DNA of 64,000 bases, from assembly GCF_963921235.1 (NCBI RefSeq), contig NC_086097.1, positions 73,782,001-73,846,000 on the forward strand, given 5' to 3'. Positions 11,901-25,500 of the stretch are shown one piece after another (positions within the stretch are counted from its first letter, which is position 1; every line of letters starts with the position of its first letter). The DNA comes from Mobula hypostoma. Its lineage: Eukaryota. A model generated the notes under the pieces. It was not told the origin of the DNA. It did not search any database and was given only the letters and a program-made list of their open reading frames with translations. The translations under genes and the position numbers were made by a program.

Positions 11901-14900
11901 TTAATAGTTTACAGCAGATCCAACAACTGTCAAAAACTGACTTGGAGGGAAAATGCATTTAAACACAGGCATATTAATACCCACCATGGTTTAAGTCTGC
12001 TAATTGCATCCTCGACATCCTGCCTAATTTCATATGTAGATTCCAAACGGAAGAGATTAAAATTCCTCAGCAGATAGTCATGTAGAGTCAAGAACTGTAA
12101 ATTCAGCTTCGGTAATGCAAGGCAGCCTGGCATAACAGAAACATATGGTCAAATCAGATCAGATTAGTTTGTCATATACACTAGGGTACAATGAAATTCT
12201 TTGCTTGTGTGAAGCTCAGAGAGTAATATTTTTCCTGTAGGACATGGGTTTTCAACCTAAGTGGAACCCAGCAGTGAATAAGAAATAAAAAAACTCCACA
12301 AGCGCATGATTCATCATACCTTCACCAGAGTAATATTCTGTTGGAACAATATTTTCATCCCAAATAATTTTTTCTGTGGGATAAAGGGGCATTTCATTTA
12401 ATTGTTGGATTTGAGATGTTCGCCGTTCATGTCGGGACACCTATTAAAAAGAAACAACTTTAAGTGAACAATTTCCTGCATTTAAATCATGTTGATTAAT
12501 ATTCTCATCACTGAAATACTGACCAACATCTCCAAGAGAAAATCCTTTTCATAACATGTATCCACTTCCTCAGGCAGGGTTGGCAAAAGACAAAGGTATG
12601 ATGCCACTCTGTGGAGTGTGTTGGGACTGTAATTGGGAAACAAGAATAATGTATTTTATATCCATGTAGATATGTTCACACAAGCTATGTTTGCAGAAGA
12701 ATAAAACATACAAAAAAGAATGAAGTTGACACTAGTTAACCCAGAAATATCAGCTAAAATGGGCAGAGATCACAACGTGGAACTTTGCTTTCAGAGAGAG
12801 CAGGGGAAGGTGGTGAGGGGAAAGAGCAGGAAATGGGTGACAGATAATATGCTGCTTTTCCAGCTTACTTTGTGCCTTGTTCTAACAGTGCAGTGGACTA
12901 CAGACAGATCGATCAGAATGGGATGGAGGAAGTGACTGGCAACTGGAGGCTCCTGCAGAACAAATGCATGTGAACCACATATCTCGTGAAGAGGAGATCA
13001 CCTAATGGAGTATTATACAGTATACAGTACACTAGATTAGAAGTGCAAGCAAATCTTATGGTAAGGATATTGGTTCTCTGGATAATGGGAAAGGACATGC
13101 AAAGAACAGATATGGATCTCTTGCAATTGTATGGAAAAATCGCACAAGACCTGGAATGGTTGGAGGGGATAGAAGAGTTACCCATGGAATTGTAAAGGAA
13201 ATGCTGGATGAGAAGGAAAGAAGTATATTATGGGTGAATCTTGTTGGATCTGTCAGAAATGACTAAAGATGATTGGTTGAGTGCTGAAACTGATGGTGTG
13301 GAAAGTGAGGATCCAGGGAACACTGTTCTTGCTTCATGTAGGAGTGGGGATGAGAACAGATGCTCTGGATAAAAGACATGTTCGAAAGCTCTGTTGACTA
13401 TTGATAAGAGTGGAAATCATGGTCTAGAAAGAGGCTTGGTGGGCCTGATCTGGTGTTCACTTCCTACACTCAACATTTCATGGATTTTCATGTCCCTTTG
13501 TGTTCTCTCCAAATGTGTTTGTTGAATTATCAACCAGATGAATACATCAACAGCTTATCACCATGTCAATTCTGGCCTTACCCAAATAGATCCTATCCAT
13601 TCAACAGTTAAATCTATTTTTGTATTTTAAATGCTATTCAATATCATTTGAACTCAAAGTTGTGCAGAAGCAGTTGCAGACAATTCAAGAATTTAAAAAT
13701 CACCTACCTAAGTGACCCAAATTGCCTCACAAGAGATTCTCGAGTATCAACTGCTGCCACGTTAGACAAAGCAAAATCATGTAGTTCTGGAAAATGAGCA
13801 AACGCTGCCCTCTGCAATGTAAAAGAGTAAATTTCTTCAGACATAGCAATCACTTCAATCTCATACTAGATGTCATGTATATATGGTGAAAGGGGATACT
13901 GTAAATTGAAACGAGATGTGTAGTGGAGAAAAATATGATAGAGGTGTTTAAGAGGCTCTTAAGATAGGCACATGAATGTGCAGAAGATAAAGGAAGGAAG
14001 GAACGGTTAAGTTTAGTTAGACGTTTAATTACTAGTTGGTTTGCATAAGTCTCTACAATGCTTATTTTCATTGACACAGAGAAAGTGATGTCACAACCAT
14101 CAGGAAATGCAAGCACTCATATTTAATGCATTTAAGAAAATAACTTCCTGAAAATCGAATGCATACTGCAGATATAAATCCCCAAGATATAATATAAATT
14201 AAAACAAAATAAGCTTTAAAAAAATTAATTATTTTAAGCATGTATGTAGCACAGTAGGTATTGTTGCTGTCAAAACACTAATTTGAACCTGAGCTCGGAT
14301 CTTGCCTATTGTTTTTTAAGGTGTAATTTGAATTGGTTTATTGTTTTCAAATGTACTGAGATACAATGAACAGCTTGCCCTGCATACTGTTAATATAGAT
14401 CAAGTCACTACACAGCGCATGGAGATAGAACAAAGTAAGACAATAACAGAATGCAGAATAAAGTAAAACAGCTACAGAAGTGAAGTACAGGTGAACGATA
14501 AGGTGCAAGATCATTACATGCAAGTCCCCTCTAATTTGTAATGACCAGAGTGCACAAAAAACTTGTGAAGCACTTTTTGCCCAGTGACAACAACATGTGC
14601 ACACTGAATTTTATATACAGAGGTATTCATTTTAATAGCTAGCAAAACACTGGCAATAAGAACTTTAATCTCCTCTGGCTTTGACTGTTTTCGCTCTCAT
14701 TCATCTGCACTCTCACAAAACACATGCAGCAGACCTGTAGCGGGTAATGAAGGATTTTGCACACTGTCCATATGTAACTTGCCTGCTTTAAAAAGTCAAG
14801 TTTCCAAATATCATTCCACTTCTTCCCACTTGCAAATTCTCCAGCCACTTTTGCATTGCAACAATACACACAGATAACACCAGTTTCTGTATTGTACATA

Positions 14901-16544
14901 AATATTTTTCGTAGCTGCACATTCCTAGCCTCATGAGCTTTTGTTATAGCAGTTTCTACTGTTTCAGTAAGCCATTCCACTTTAAACCAACGTAGAAAGA
15001 ACCACTAACCACACGGGTAACACTTGGGTTTTCTGGTTTCTTTCCACTGTAAATTCCCATTGGCGGAGATGGGCGCTGGAAGATTGAGGGAACTCATGTA
15101 TGTGAGGGAGAATAGGTCTTATGGAATGGAATGAAGAATAGATTTCAGGGAAAAGTAGTGGGTTGTAATAAGTGAGGGTGCTTCAAGATCTGGCATAGAG
15201 CTACTGGTTCCCTCTGCATCAATGACCTTCTTCTTTATCATATGAAAATATAATATGACAAATAATTCCAGTGTATTTTTCTTGCCAGCAAAGTTGAAAT
15301 TCTGACACACAGTCAAGTACTTTAATCTCTATATAAAAGCAGAGATTGATGTTAACCCCTTATCATGAAGTTATCCACATCTGGAAATGAAGACATCCCT
15401 AAAAAAAGCTTTTGTTTCATACCTGAAGAGAAGTTATGCGATCATAATGTATTGTAGTCATTTCATTCTCTGTCAGAGCATTTCCAGTCTGATCATTTAT
15501 TTCAAAGCCAGTATAAAACTTCAACATATCTAACAACTACAAAAAAGAAAATAAATACTAATGAGTCAAAGACAATGCAATGTTCTGATACATCCAAAAC
15601 CCTATCTCAAAGAGTTTAAATTCAGTGAGAAATTTGTTTTGTGGACAATGTAAATTAGATCTAAGAATAATGAGTGACATGCGTCAATCCAAGAATAATA
15701 TGAATAAAATCAACACATTAGAAATCTTTAGTGTATAGATGCCCGGAAGTAATGCAATAAAGATATGGTAAAATTGACAGAAAGTACATAACCAAACACA
15801 AAATTTTACAGTCAGTGATATTCTACTCCTCTGCAAGGTCTACTTTGCTATTTGTTTGAATGTATATTGACTGCATCTGAAAATTTCAAACTTTTCAGTT
15901 GTAATCAATGAACTTCGTTTTTTTTATTTCAACTTCATTGACTTCTGTATAAAAATCAAAACTCTCAAGCATTGATTTAATAAGGAGGACTGAGTATTTA
16001 TAATGTATCAAGTCATAAATCTTGATTAAAAAGTTATAGAGCATGAGAAACTAAGTTTATAATCACATGGTTTCATTTGCTGAGAACCATTTAAAAACTG
16101 ATAGCACACACAAAGTGCTGATTCAATCTTGATAAATGGTCTCAGTTCAAAACTTTTGACTGTTCAATCATTTCCAGAGATGCTGCCAGACCTGCTGAGA
16201 TTCTCCAGCATTTTGTATGTGCTCTGGATTTCCAGCATCCGCAGACTGTCTTGTGTTTATGAAAACTGATGCTTTTCTAAAATGGGCCTTCCTAAAGATC
16301 CTTTTATCTTTAGCTTTTCTGTATGATTTATTAGAATAGGTGGTGACCTTGCTAACCTGTTGCCGAATGCCACACATCCAAGGTTGAAAAATACCTCTAT
16401 TCTTTCATTGTTATGCTGAATCTACTGCCTAAATTCACAAGGATCCCTATATTGAAAGGGAGAGATAGAGAGAAATGGAGAGAGAGATAGATGGAGGGGG
16501 GGGGAGAGAGAGAGAGAGACAGACAGAGATAGAGAGAGAGAGCT

Positions 16545-16581
<37 letters not shown>

Positions 16582-19500
16582 CTGAGCTGCCCTTGTTTGT
16601 ATCAATGAACTGACAGCTAATCTTCCAGCAGAATTCTGTGCACAGGATCTGCAAAGAACACACTGGATCAGGGCAGAACCAACCAGTACTTTAACACAGC
16701 AAAGGATCCTTTAATTTTTTTAACCACTTTTCTTGTCTATAATGTGGTATTATTAAATTACACGTGAACCAAATTATATTCAAAATGTTATGAAGCCAAA
16801 TCTCCTTTTAAGACAGACTGCTACTTTGAAATACTTAAACAAGATTGAGTATCTAAGGAAATCATTTTACATTTTGAAATTTTGGGTTGTTTTCCTTCAA
16901 TTTAGATACGAACATATTCTTTAAATGAAATGTCATTCATTCTCAGCTGATATAGTGTAAAGATATATTATACTAGCTGACCATTCCACCCATGTAAAAT
17001 TGGAACCACTGGCTATCTAAACAAGCACAGAACATCCATCATAATATACAGCCTTAAAGGCCTGGCATGTCCCTCGCTTCTCTAACAAAATTAGGCCGAA
17101 TGATTATTCCAAGTTTAAAGAGGAATGCAGAAGGGCATGAGGAACAGGAATCAAAAATAGCACTAGACATAGCTACCAGGAAAATGCCAACCTAAAAGGT
17201 GCAACATGGGACTACAAGAATGCTAAACAGAATAAACTAGTTGCAACAGACAAGGGTTCAGTGATCCCATAATCAACAGAATCAGAAATATTATCACTGA
17301 CATACATATGAACTTCGTTATTTTTTGGCAACAGTACAGTGCAAAGACATAAAATTACTATAAATCACGAATTATTGGTATTAGCTTATTATTGTCACGT
17401 GCCAAGGTACAGTGAAAAGCCTGAATTGCACATTGGTCATATAGGTCAAATTACTACATAATGCACTGTAGAACAAGACAAAATAATAACAATGCACGAT
17501 AAAGTGTAAAAGCTACAGAGATGGTGCTAGTAAAAAAAAACAAAGTGCAAGATAATAATGAGGTAGATTGTGAGGATAAGGGTCCATTCTATTGTATAAG
17601 AGGAACATTCAACAATCTGATAGTAGCAAGATAGTAGGGGTCAAAATAAGTAGTGTAAAAGGTAAAAAAATAGAGCCGATCAAATATTTGCTGTTATTCC
17701 ATATTTGGCTATGAATGGCAGATTTGTTTTTAATTCATATTTTATTTATACATACTTCAGCTTGTGTGTGTCATCAAGGCGATTTCAAAAGATATATCTT
17801 TGATATTGTAACTCTCCGAGTTGCAATTTCAAAGGACATTTAAGTATCAACCACATTGGTAGTCATATACAGTATAAGCCAGACTTGGTAGGATGACAAA
17901 TTTAGTTCCACCCCACAGCAATGTGTTTTTATGACAATCCTGTATTTCTGAGGCATATCTTTACAAACATACACTAATATGAATTGGTGTATCAATGCAT
18001 ATCTTTAGGAAAATACTCCAATATTTGGTGCTATATCACATGCAGAAGAAGATGGTTATGACTGTTGGTCAATCATCCAAGCCTCAGGACAGTATTCCAG
18101 ATGTTCCTGAGGTTGGAAAATTGATTCAGTTACTTCTTCAATGACAATACTTTGAGTCATATATGTCAGAAATTGTCATTTTTTCTCTACATTGAAGTTT
18201 ACTTAATTAGTTGATTTAATTTCCCTAGCTGCCAAATCGGATTTCAAAATAAGCTTCAACATACTGGACTACATCTTTTTCTTTCCAAAGGATTTTGCGA
18301 TGAGAGGCTACAATTCCACACAATCTTCTTCAGTCACGAGGACCAGGCAGACATGTGCGTCACTGCTAATGTCCAAAAGGTGAGTAAAAGTTACTATTAC
18401 CATCCAACATTTTAGTTGATCGTGAAAACTCAATCTGCGGTCATGCCACAACCTCAATTTTCCTACATGCATCCCCTTTTCTTCCAGGATTTCAGGAGGT
18501 TTATTAGGAGATTTTCACCATACTGTTTCCTTCTACAATGAGTGAAAGTGATTGCATCTGTTTGTTGCCACCTCTCACCTGACTGAAAAGTCGTCCTTCC
18601 TTTTCTCTCTGAACGAGGTTTGATAGATAGCAGTGAGTAACTAAATGAGAATCATCCAGAACTGTGCTGAACCAACGCCGAGTTGGGAGCAGTGCCTTAA
18701 AAAAATACAAATGGTGCAAATTAAAAGGATCTTACTGCATTTCAATCATCCATAATAGGATCCTATTTTGTAATTTCAAACTGAAGCATCTATTCCTAAG
18801 CAAATTTAATGAAATACTCTGGTCATTGTCACTTTCATTTATAAAATGTTTTTGTTTGTGGAATGTGGACATTGCTCGCATTGTCCATACAAATGCACTT
18901 GAAGTAAAAGGACTGCAAAAAGCCAACCGTACTAGTGTAGTTAAATAAAACTAATCTTTTTTTAAAAAGATTTTTAAATATTTAGTGGATCTGCAGTCAC
19001 ACAAGCCAGACTGTGCAGTAATGCTTGATCTCTATCCTTGAGGACATTATTCAACCAGAGGGATTTTTAATTACAATCCAGTAGTTCCATTGTTATAATT
19101 ATGGAGACTATTATCTACAATTCAAAATTCAGTTAATTACTTGATTTTAAATACCCCAAGTAACAATATCAGATATGAACTTGCATCAGTAGTCTGGAGC
19201 TCACATTGCCTGTTCAGCAAATTAAAAACAATATTCATGTCGGCAAAATTAAAGAACTGATTACTGACTTCAGGAAGGGAAAAGAGGGCAAAGATGCACC
19301 GGATTACACTGGGGGATTAGTGGTGGAGAGGGTTAGAATCTTTAAATTCCTGAGTGTTAACATATTGGATGACCTAATGTGAGTGCAGAACATAGTAGCA
19401 ATCACAAGTGCACCAGAGGTTAAGTTTGTCACTGAACACTAGTCAGCCAGCTTACGTTGTGACCACAGAACCCAAAAGAAAATTGAGCAAACAGTTTCTC

Positions 19501-22500
19501 CTTGTACAGACTCCGTCCTTGGAAGGTGTCACAAACTTCTACGGATGTATTTATTGTTGAAAATATCCTGACTGGTTGCAACATAGTCTGGTACAACACA
19601 TCAAATGCACAAGAATATAAGATGCTGCAGAGGGTGGCTCAATACATCATGAACACATCCCTCCCCACCATTGCTACTATCGATAGGAGGTGTTACCTCA
19701 TGAAGCCAATATCTATCATCAAAGGTGCCATGAGCCTGTGATGTTGCTACAAGTAAGCTTTTCATTGCACCTGTACATATACCTATGTAACTGTGCATAT
19801 GATAATAAACTTCAACGTTGACTTTCATACCACATCTGAATACCATTTTTTGATTTGTTAATCACCCATTTTAGAATTTATATGCACATACATAATGGGG
19901 AAAAAATCGACTTACCTCCAAATCTATCATAAGTTCAACAAATCTCTCACAATGATGAACCATATCCATGCTGACTGGCCCTATGTACAAAGTGAAAAAT
20001 ATCTGAATATAATCACGTAAAATATAGATCAACGTAAATCAGTTCATATTTTCTTACTTTCCTCACAGTGGAAGATCGCAAGAATGACTATTTCCCCAGG
20101 AAAACAATTGCGAACATGGACACTCGGGGGGGAGATGGGAAAAAGGAACATGAATGAAAAATGAAAATCACAAAATGAAAAATGCAATACTCAAGATCTT
20201 CAACTGAGATTAGCTTCAGAAAATGATTGATAACAATTGAGAGTCATGAGATCAAATCAGTTTCAATAAAAGCTCCCTCACAAATAACTAATCTTTAAAA
20301 GTGTGATGCACAGAAGTGAAACAGATCTGAGTTATTGATCTCTCATACCTGAAAACGTGAAAGATAAAAATAAAGGGTTGTTGAGCTTGGACAATAAGCA
20401 GTTGGAATATCATGTGACATTCTAGACATCTACTGTAGGAAGGATATCACAGCCATGTAAACACAACAGTGAACATTCACTAAAATAAATGTAGGAATGA
20501 GATATTCCAGTCCTGAAATGCAAGGAAACTACCCATTGCCATTGGAAACAAGAAGCTCAGCAATGGAATCAAAAGGAAGTTTCAAATTGATTATAAAGGA
20601 CACTTCAGAGTGGGCATAAAGCAGCACTTGTGACCAGCTGCAGAATCAGAGTTATTATGCTTAGTGCCTTTCACCAGTTGATATCTGAGGCACATGATAA
20701 TACCACTACCTGTGAAGCAGGGGAGAGAGAAAAGAGATTCCAGTCGATAGTTGCAGTTGAGGAACTGGTACTGCAGAGGTTATTGTGAATAAAAAGGATT
20801 CAACACTTTTTGTTAATTTTAGTTCTAAGACCAATACAAAAACACCATCCTCCAATTTATTAAGCTAAGCTGCACATGATCTAAATTTGTATGGCATAAT
20901 TTTATATTTTTAATATCAGGATTTCAGAAAAATTTAAAAGCCATTGAAAAAGAACGAAAAAATTTAAGCTAAAAATTTCAAAATTGCAACACACGAATAC
21001 ACTGAAAAACAAAAAAAAAGTTTCCAATACACAAAAGAACCTCATTCTGTACTGAATTATCAGGCCAGAACTTACTACTAGATTTGCTGCTGACATACAT
21101 CTCAAGTGTGGACTTAAAGCCATAAGATATAGAAGCAGAATTAGGCCATTTGGCCCTCTGAGTCTGCTCTGCTATTTTGGCATGGCTGATCCAATTTTCC
21201 TCTCAGCAGCAATCTCCTGCCTTCTCTCAATATCCCTTCATGTCCTGACCAATCAAGAATCTATCAACCTCTGCCTTAAATATACATAAACACTTGGCCT
21301 TCACAACTGCCTGAGGGAAAGAATTCCACAGATTCACTGCTCTCTGGCTGAAGAAATTCCTCATCATTATGCTAAAAGGACACCCCTCTATTCTGAGGCT
21401 GTGTCCTCTGGTCTAAGATTCTCCCACTCTAGGAAACATCCTCCCACATCCACGCTATCACGCCTTTCACCATTCAAAATGCTGCTGGAACGCAGCAGGC
21501 CAGGCAGCACCTATAGGAAGAAGTGCAATCTATAGATGCTTCTTCCTATAGATGCTGCTTGGCCCGCTGCATTCACCAGCATTTTGTGTGTGTTGCTTGA
21601 ACTTCCAGCATCTGCAGATTTCCTCGTGTTTGCCTTTCACCATTCAATAGGTTTCAATGAGACCACCCCTCATTCTTCTGAATTCCAGTGAATACAGGCC
21701 CAGAGCCATCAAACACACTTCATATGACAGCCATTCAATCCTGGAATCATTTTCTTGAACCTCCTTTGAACCCTCTCCAGTTTCAGCACATCCCCTCTAA
21801 GATAAGGGGGCCAAAACTACGCATAATACTCCAAGTGAGACATTACCAGGGCTTTATAAATTCTCAACATTACTTCCTTGCTTTTATATTCTGTCCTCTT
21901 GAAATGAATGCTAACATCGCATTTGCCTTCCTCACCACAGACTCAACCTGCAAATTAACCTTTATGGAATGCTGCAAAAGGACTCCAAAGTCCCTTTGCA
22001 CCTCAGTTTTTTTTGTATTTTCTCTCCATTTAGAAAATAGTCAATCTTTTCGTTTTTTTACCAAAGTGGATGACCATAACTTCCCGACACCATATTCCAT
22101 CTGCCATTTCTTTACCCATTCTCCTAATCTGTCTAAGTCCCTCTGTAGCCTCTCTACTTCCTCAAAACTACCTGCCCCACCTCCTGTCTTCATATCATCT
22201 GCAAACTTTGCAACAATGCCATCAATTCCATCATCCAAATCATTGACATACAATGTAAAAAGAACAGGTTCCAACACAGACACTTGTGTCACACCACTAG
22301 TCACCGGCACCCAACCGGAAAAGAGTCCCTTTATTCCCAGTCTTTGCCTCCTGCCAATCACCCACTGCTTTATCCATACTAGAATCTTTCCTGTAATATC
22401 ATGGGCTCTTAGCTTGCTAAGCAGCCTCATATGTGGCAGCTTGTCAAAGGCCTTATGAAAATCCAAGTACACAACATCAACCAATTCTCATTTGTCTATC

Positions 22501-25500
22501 CTGCTTGTTATTTCTTCAAAGAATTCCAATAGATTTGTCAGGTAAGATTTTCCCTTAAGGAAAGCATACTGACTAGGGCCTATTTTACCATGTGCCTCAA
22601 AGTACCCTGAGCCCTCATCCTTAATAATCGACTCCAATATCTTCCCGACCACTGACGTCAGACTACCTGGCCTATAATATCCTTTCTTCTGCCTCTCTCC
22701 CTTTTGTGGAATGACATCTGCAAGTTTATAGGTCTGGAACCATTCCAAAATCTAGTGATTCTTGAAAGATTATTACTAATGCCTCCACGATCTCTTGAGT
22801 CACCACTTTCAGAACCCTGGGGTGTACACCATCTGGTCCAGGTGAGTTACCTACCTTCGGACCTTCCAGTTATGGTAACTTCACACACTTCATGATCCCT
22901 GACACCTGGAACTTCCACCATAGTGGTACAGTCTTCCACAGTGAAGACTGATGTAAAATACTTATTCAGTTTGTCTGCCATTTTCGTGTCTCCCATTACC
23001 TACTCTCCAGTATTGTTTTTCAGTGGTCCAATATCCACTCTCACCTCTCTTTTATATTTTATGTATCTGAAGAAACTTTTGGTATCCTCTTTATCATTGG
23101 CTAGCTGACTTTCATATTCCATCTTTACCTTCTTAATAAGTTTTTTTAGTTACCCTCTACTGGTTTTTAAAAGCTTCCCAATCTTCTAACTTCCTACTAA
23201 TTCTTGCTCTATTATATGCCCTCTCTTTGGCTTTTATGTTGGCTAGACTTCTCTTGTTAGCCACGGTCATGTCATCTTGCCTTTAGGATACGTCTTCCTC
23301 CTTGGGATGTGTATATCCTGCACCATCTGAATGGCTTCCATAAATTTCAGCCATTGCTGCTCTGCCATCATCCCTGCTAGTGTTCTTTTCCAATCATTTC
23401 TGGCCAAGTCCTCTCTCATGCCTCTGTAATTCCGTTTACTCCACAGTAATACTGATACATCTGGCTTTAGCTTCTCCTTCACAAATTTCAGGGAGAGTTC
23501 CATCATATTATGATCACTTTCCCCTAAGGGTTAAGACCTTAAGCTCTCAAGTTTTCCTATCCACCCGTGTTGAACTGCTGCCCTAAAAAGCATGGATTCA
23601 TGAGTGGGTGAGGGAAAAAAAACACGCCCATCTCACAATGTAGCAGGGAAGAAACCATCAACTGACAAAGCCATCACCCCAGGATCAGATAGCTCCCTAG
23701 AGAGTTGGGGATAGTGGGAGAGTCTAGGACCTGAGGGCACAGCCTCAGAATAGAAGGATGTCCCTTTAGAACAGAGGTGAGAAGGAATTTCTTTAGCCAG
23801 AGGGTAAACAATCAATGGAATTCATCGTAACAACAGACTGTTGAGGGGACCAACAGATGTTGATAGGTTCTTGATTAGTAAGAGTGCCGAAGACTACAGA
23901 GACAAAGTAGGAGAATGGGGCTGAGCAGGATAATAAATCCGTCACGATGAAGTGGTGGAGGAGATGAGATGGACTGAATGGCCTAACTCTGCTCTTATGC
24001 CTTATGGTCTCTCAAAGATTTTAAATGCTTCTAAACGTCCCTGCTAATCAGAAAAAAATTTAAAGCTATTAAAAAAAATAAAGTATGAAAAATAAATACG
24101 GTAAATATTTAAAAACAGCAGCACATAAATTCACTTAAAAGCAAAGAGACTTAATTCACTAGTAATTTTTTAAAACAGTAAATCTTCTGATGTTTCCTGC
24201 AACTATTCCTTTTCATTCACATCAATAGGTATGCTGCTTAGCGTGGGCCAGCTCTAACTTTGCTCAGGTTCAGTTGGAAGATCTCACAGTCTGTCAGCTG
24301 GGGAAATGTAGCAAGGTATCTGAATCAAGAGTACAGCCTGGAAATTTCATACTGTCTGCTGTGTTTCTCAGCAAGCTTCATCAATTACTCTTTATCCAAA
24401 AGACTAAGTTACAGGAAACCCCATTAACAAGATAAAACTGATGTATCAGATGTACATATCAGATATAAACAGTTTGATACACTGTCATGATCCCACCATT
24501 ATGCTACCAGCAGCTGATTTCATCATGATTGATTGTCAATATGAACTGTACCCCAGATTTCAGCACTTCCTCACCAAAATCACGTGCAACACGTTTTCAA
24601 CAATGAAAATTACACTTCGTGCATTTGATTAACAATTAAAAGAAAAAGAAAACAAAAGTGCATAAACAATTACCTGTAAGAGGAATACATTTTAAAACTT
24701 GAAGGAATTTGCTGATCAGACAAGACAGGAATCGTTTTTCTTGCTCTGCCCTTTTGGTTAAGAAACAAATGTTGGTATACTTGTGGTCCTGCAAATCATT
24801 ACTTCACAGGTTTTAAAAACAAATCTTTCTCTTGCTTCAAAAACTTGAAAGCAAACTCAAGTTTAGTGAAGAAAATGAAATGCAAAAATGTAATATACAC
24901 ATTTATATTGCGAAATTTGAAGTAGCATACATGTATAATGGTTATTGAGATCCCAAAAATTATAGAATATAAGCAAGCCAATTACTGGTGATTACAACAC
25001 ATACTGTTCTGCAGCGTTTTCATCCATTTTCTCTTCCTTTTTCTTGATCATGTTCCAGAATTTCTTCAGCTTTGGTGTCTTCTTCAACTCGTGTTCAAGG
25101 CGTGACTGGTAACAAAATAGATTAAATGTTAGTAATATCCTGGGAAGGAATCTTCTTCTAGACCAACATTTTATAAATGCACCCATAATTACAGCAAAGA
25201 TATAACCATTTTTGAAAATATTGAAAATATTTGTTGAGGGATGAAATGCAGTACAATTGCTCAACAAATATGCTTATCATGACTACTTTCAGAGACTTCG
25301 AATGGCCTTCGAACTTACCGAGAGTAAACAGATCCACATTGGGAGAGAGATAAGACGTTGCACCTGCTCTCGAATTAGATCCACTTCCTAATAGAAGATA
25401 ACAACATTATCCTTAGGCTGAAATCATACTCACAACATGACGGACACTGATTGAAACAATGCTGCACTGATAATTTAATTGGAGAGTAATCATTAAGTCT

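Noticed and set aside
21688..22458. 256-aa plus-strand ORF
   Set aside because: Antisense of the CR1 RT region
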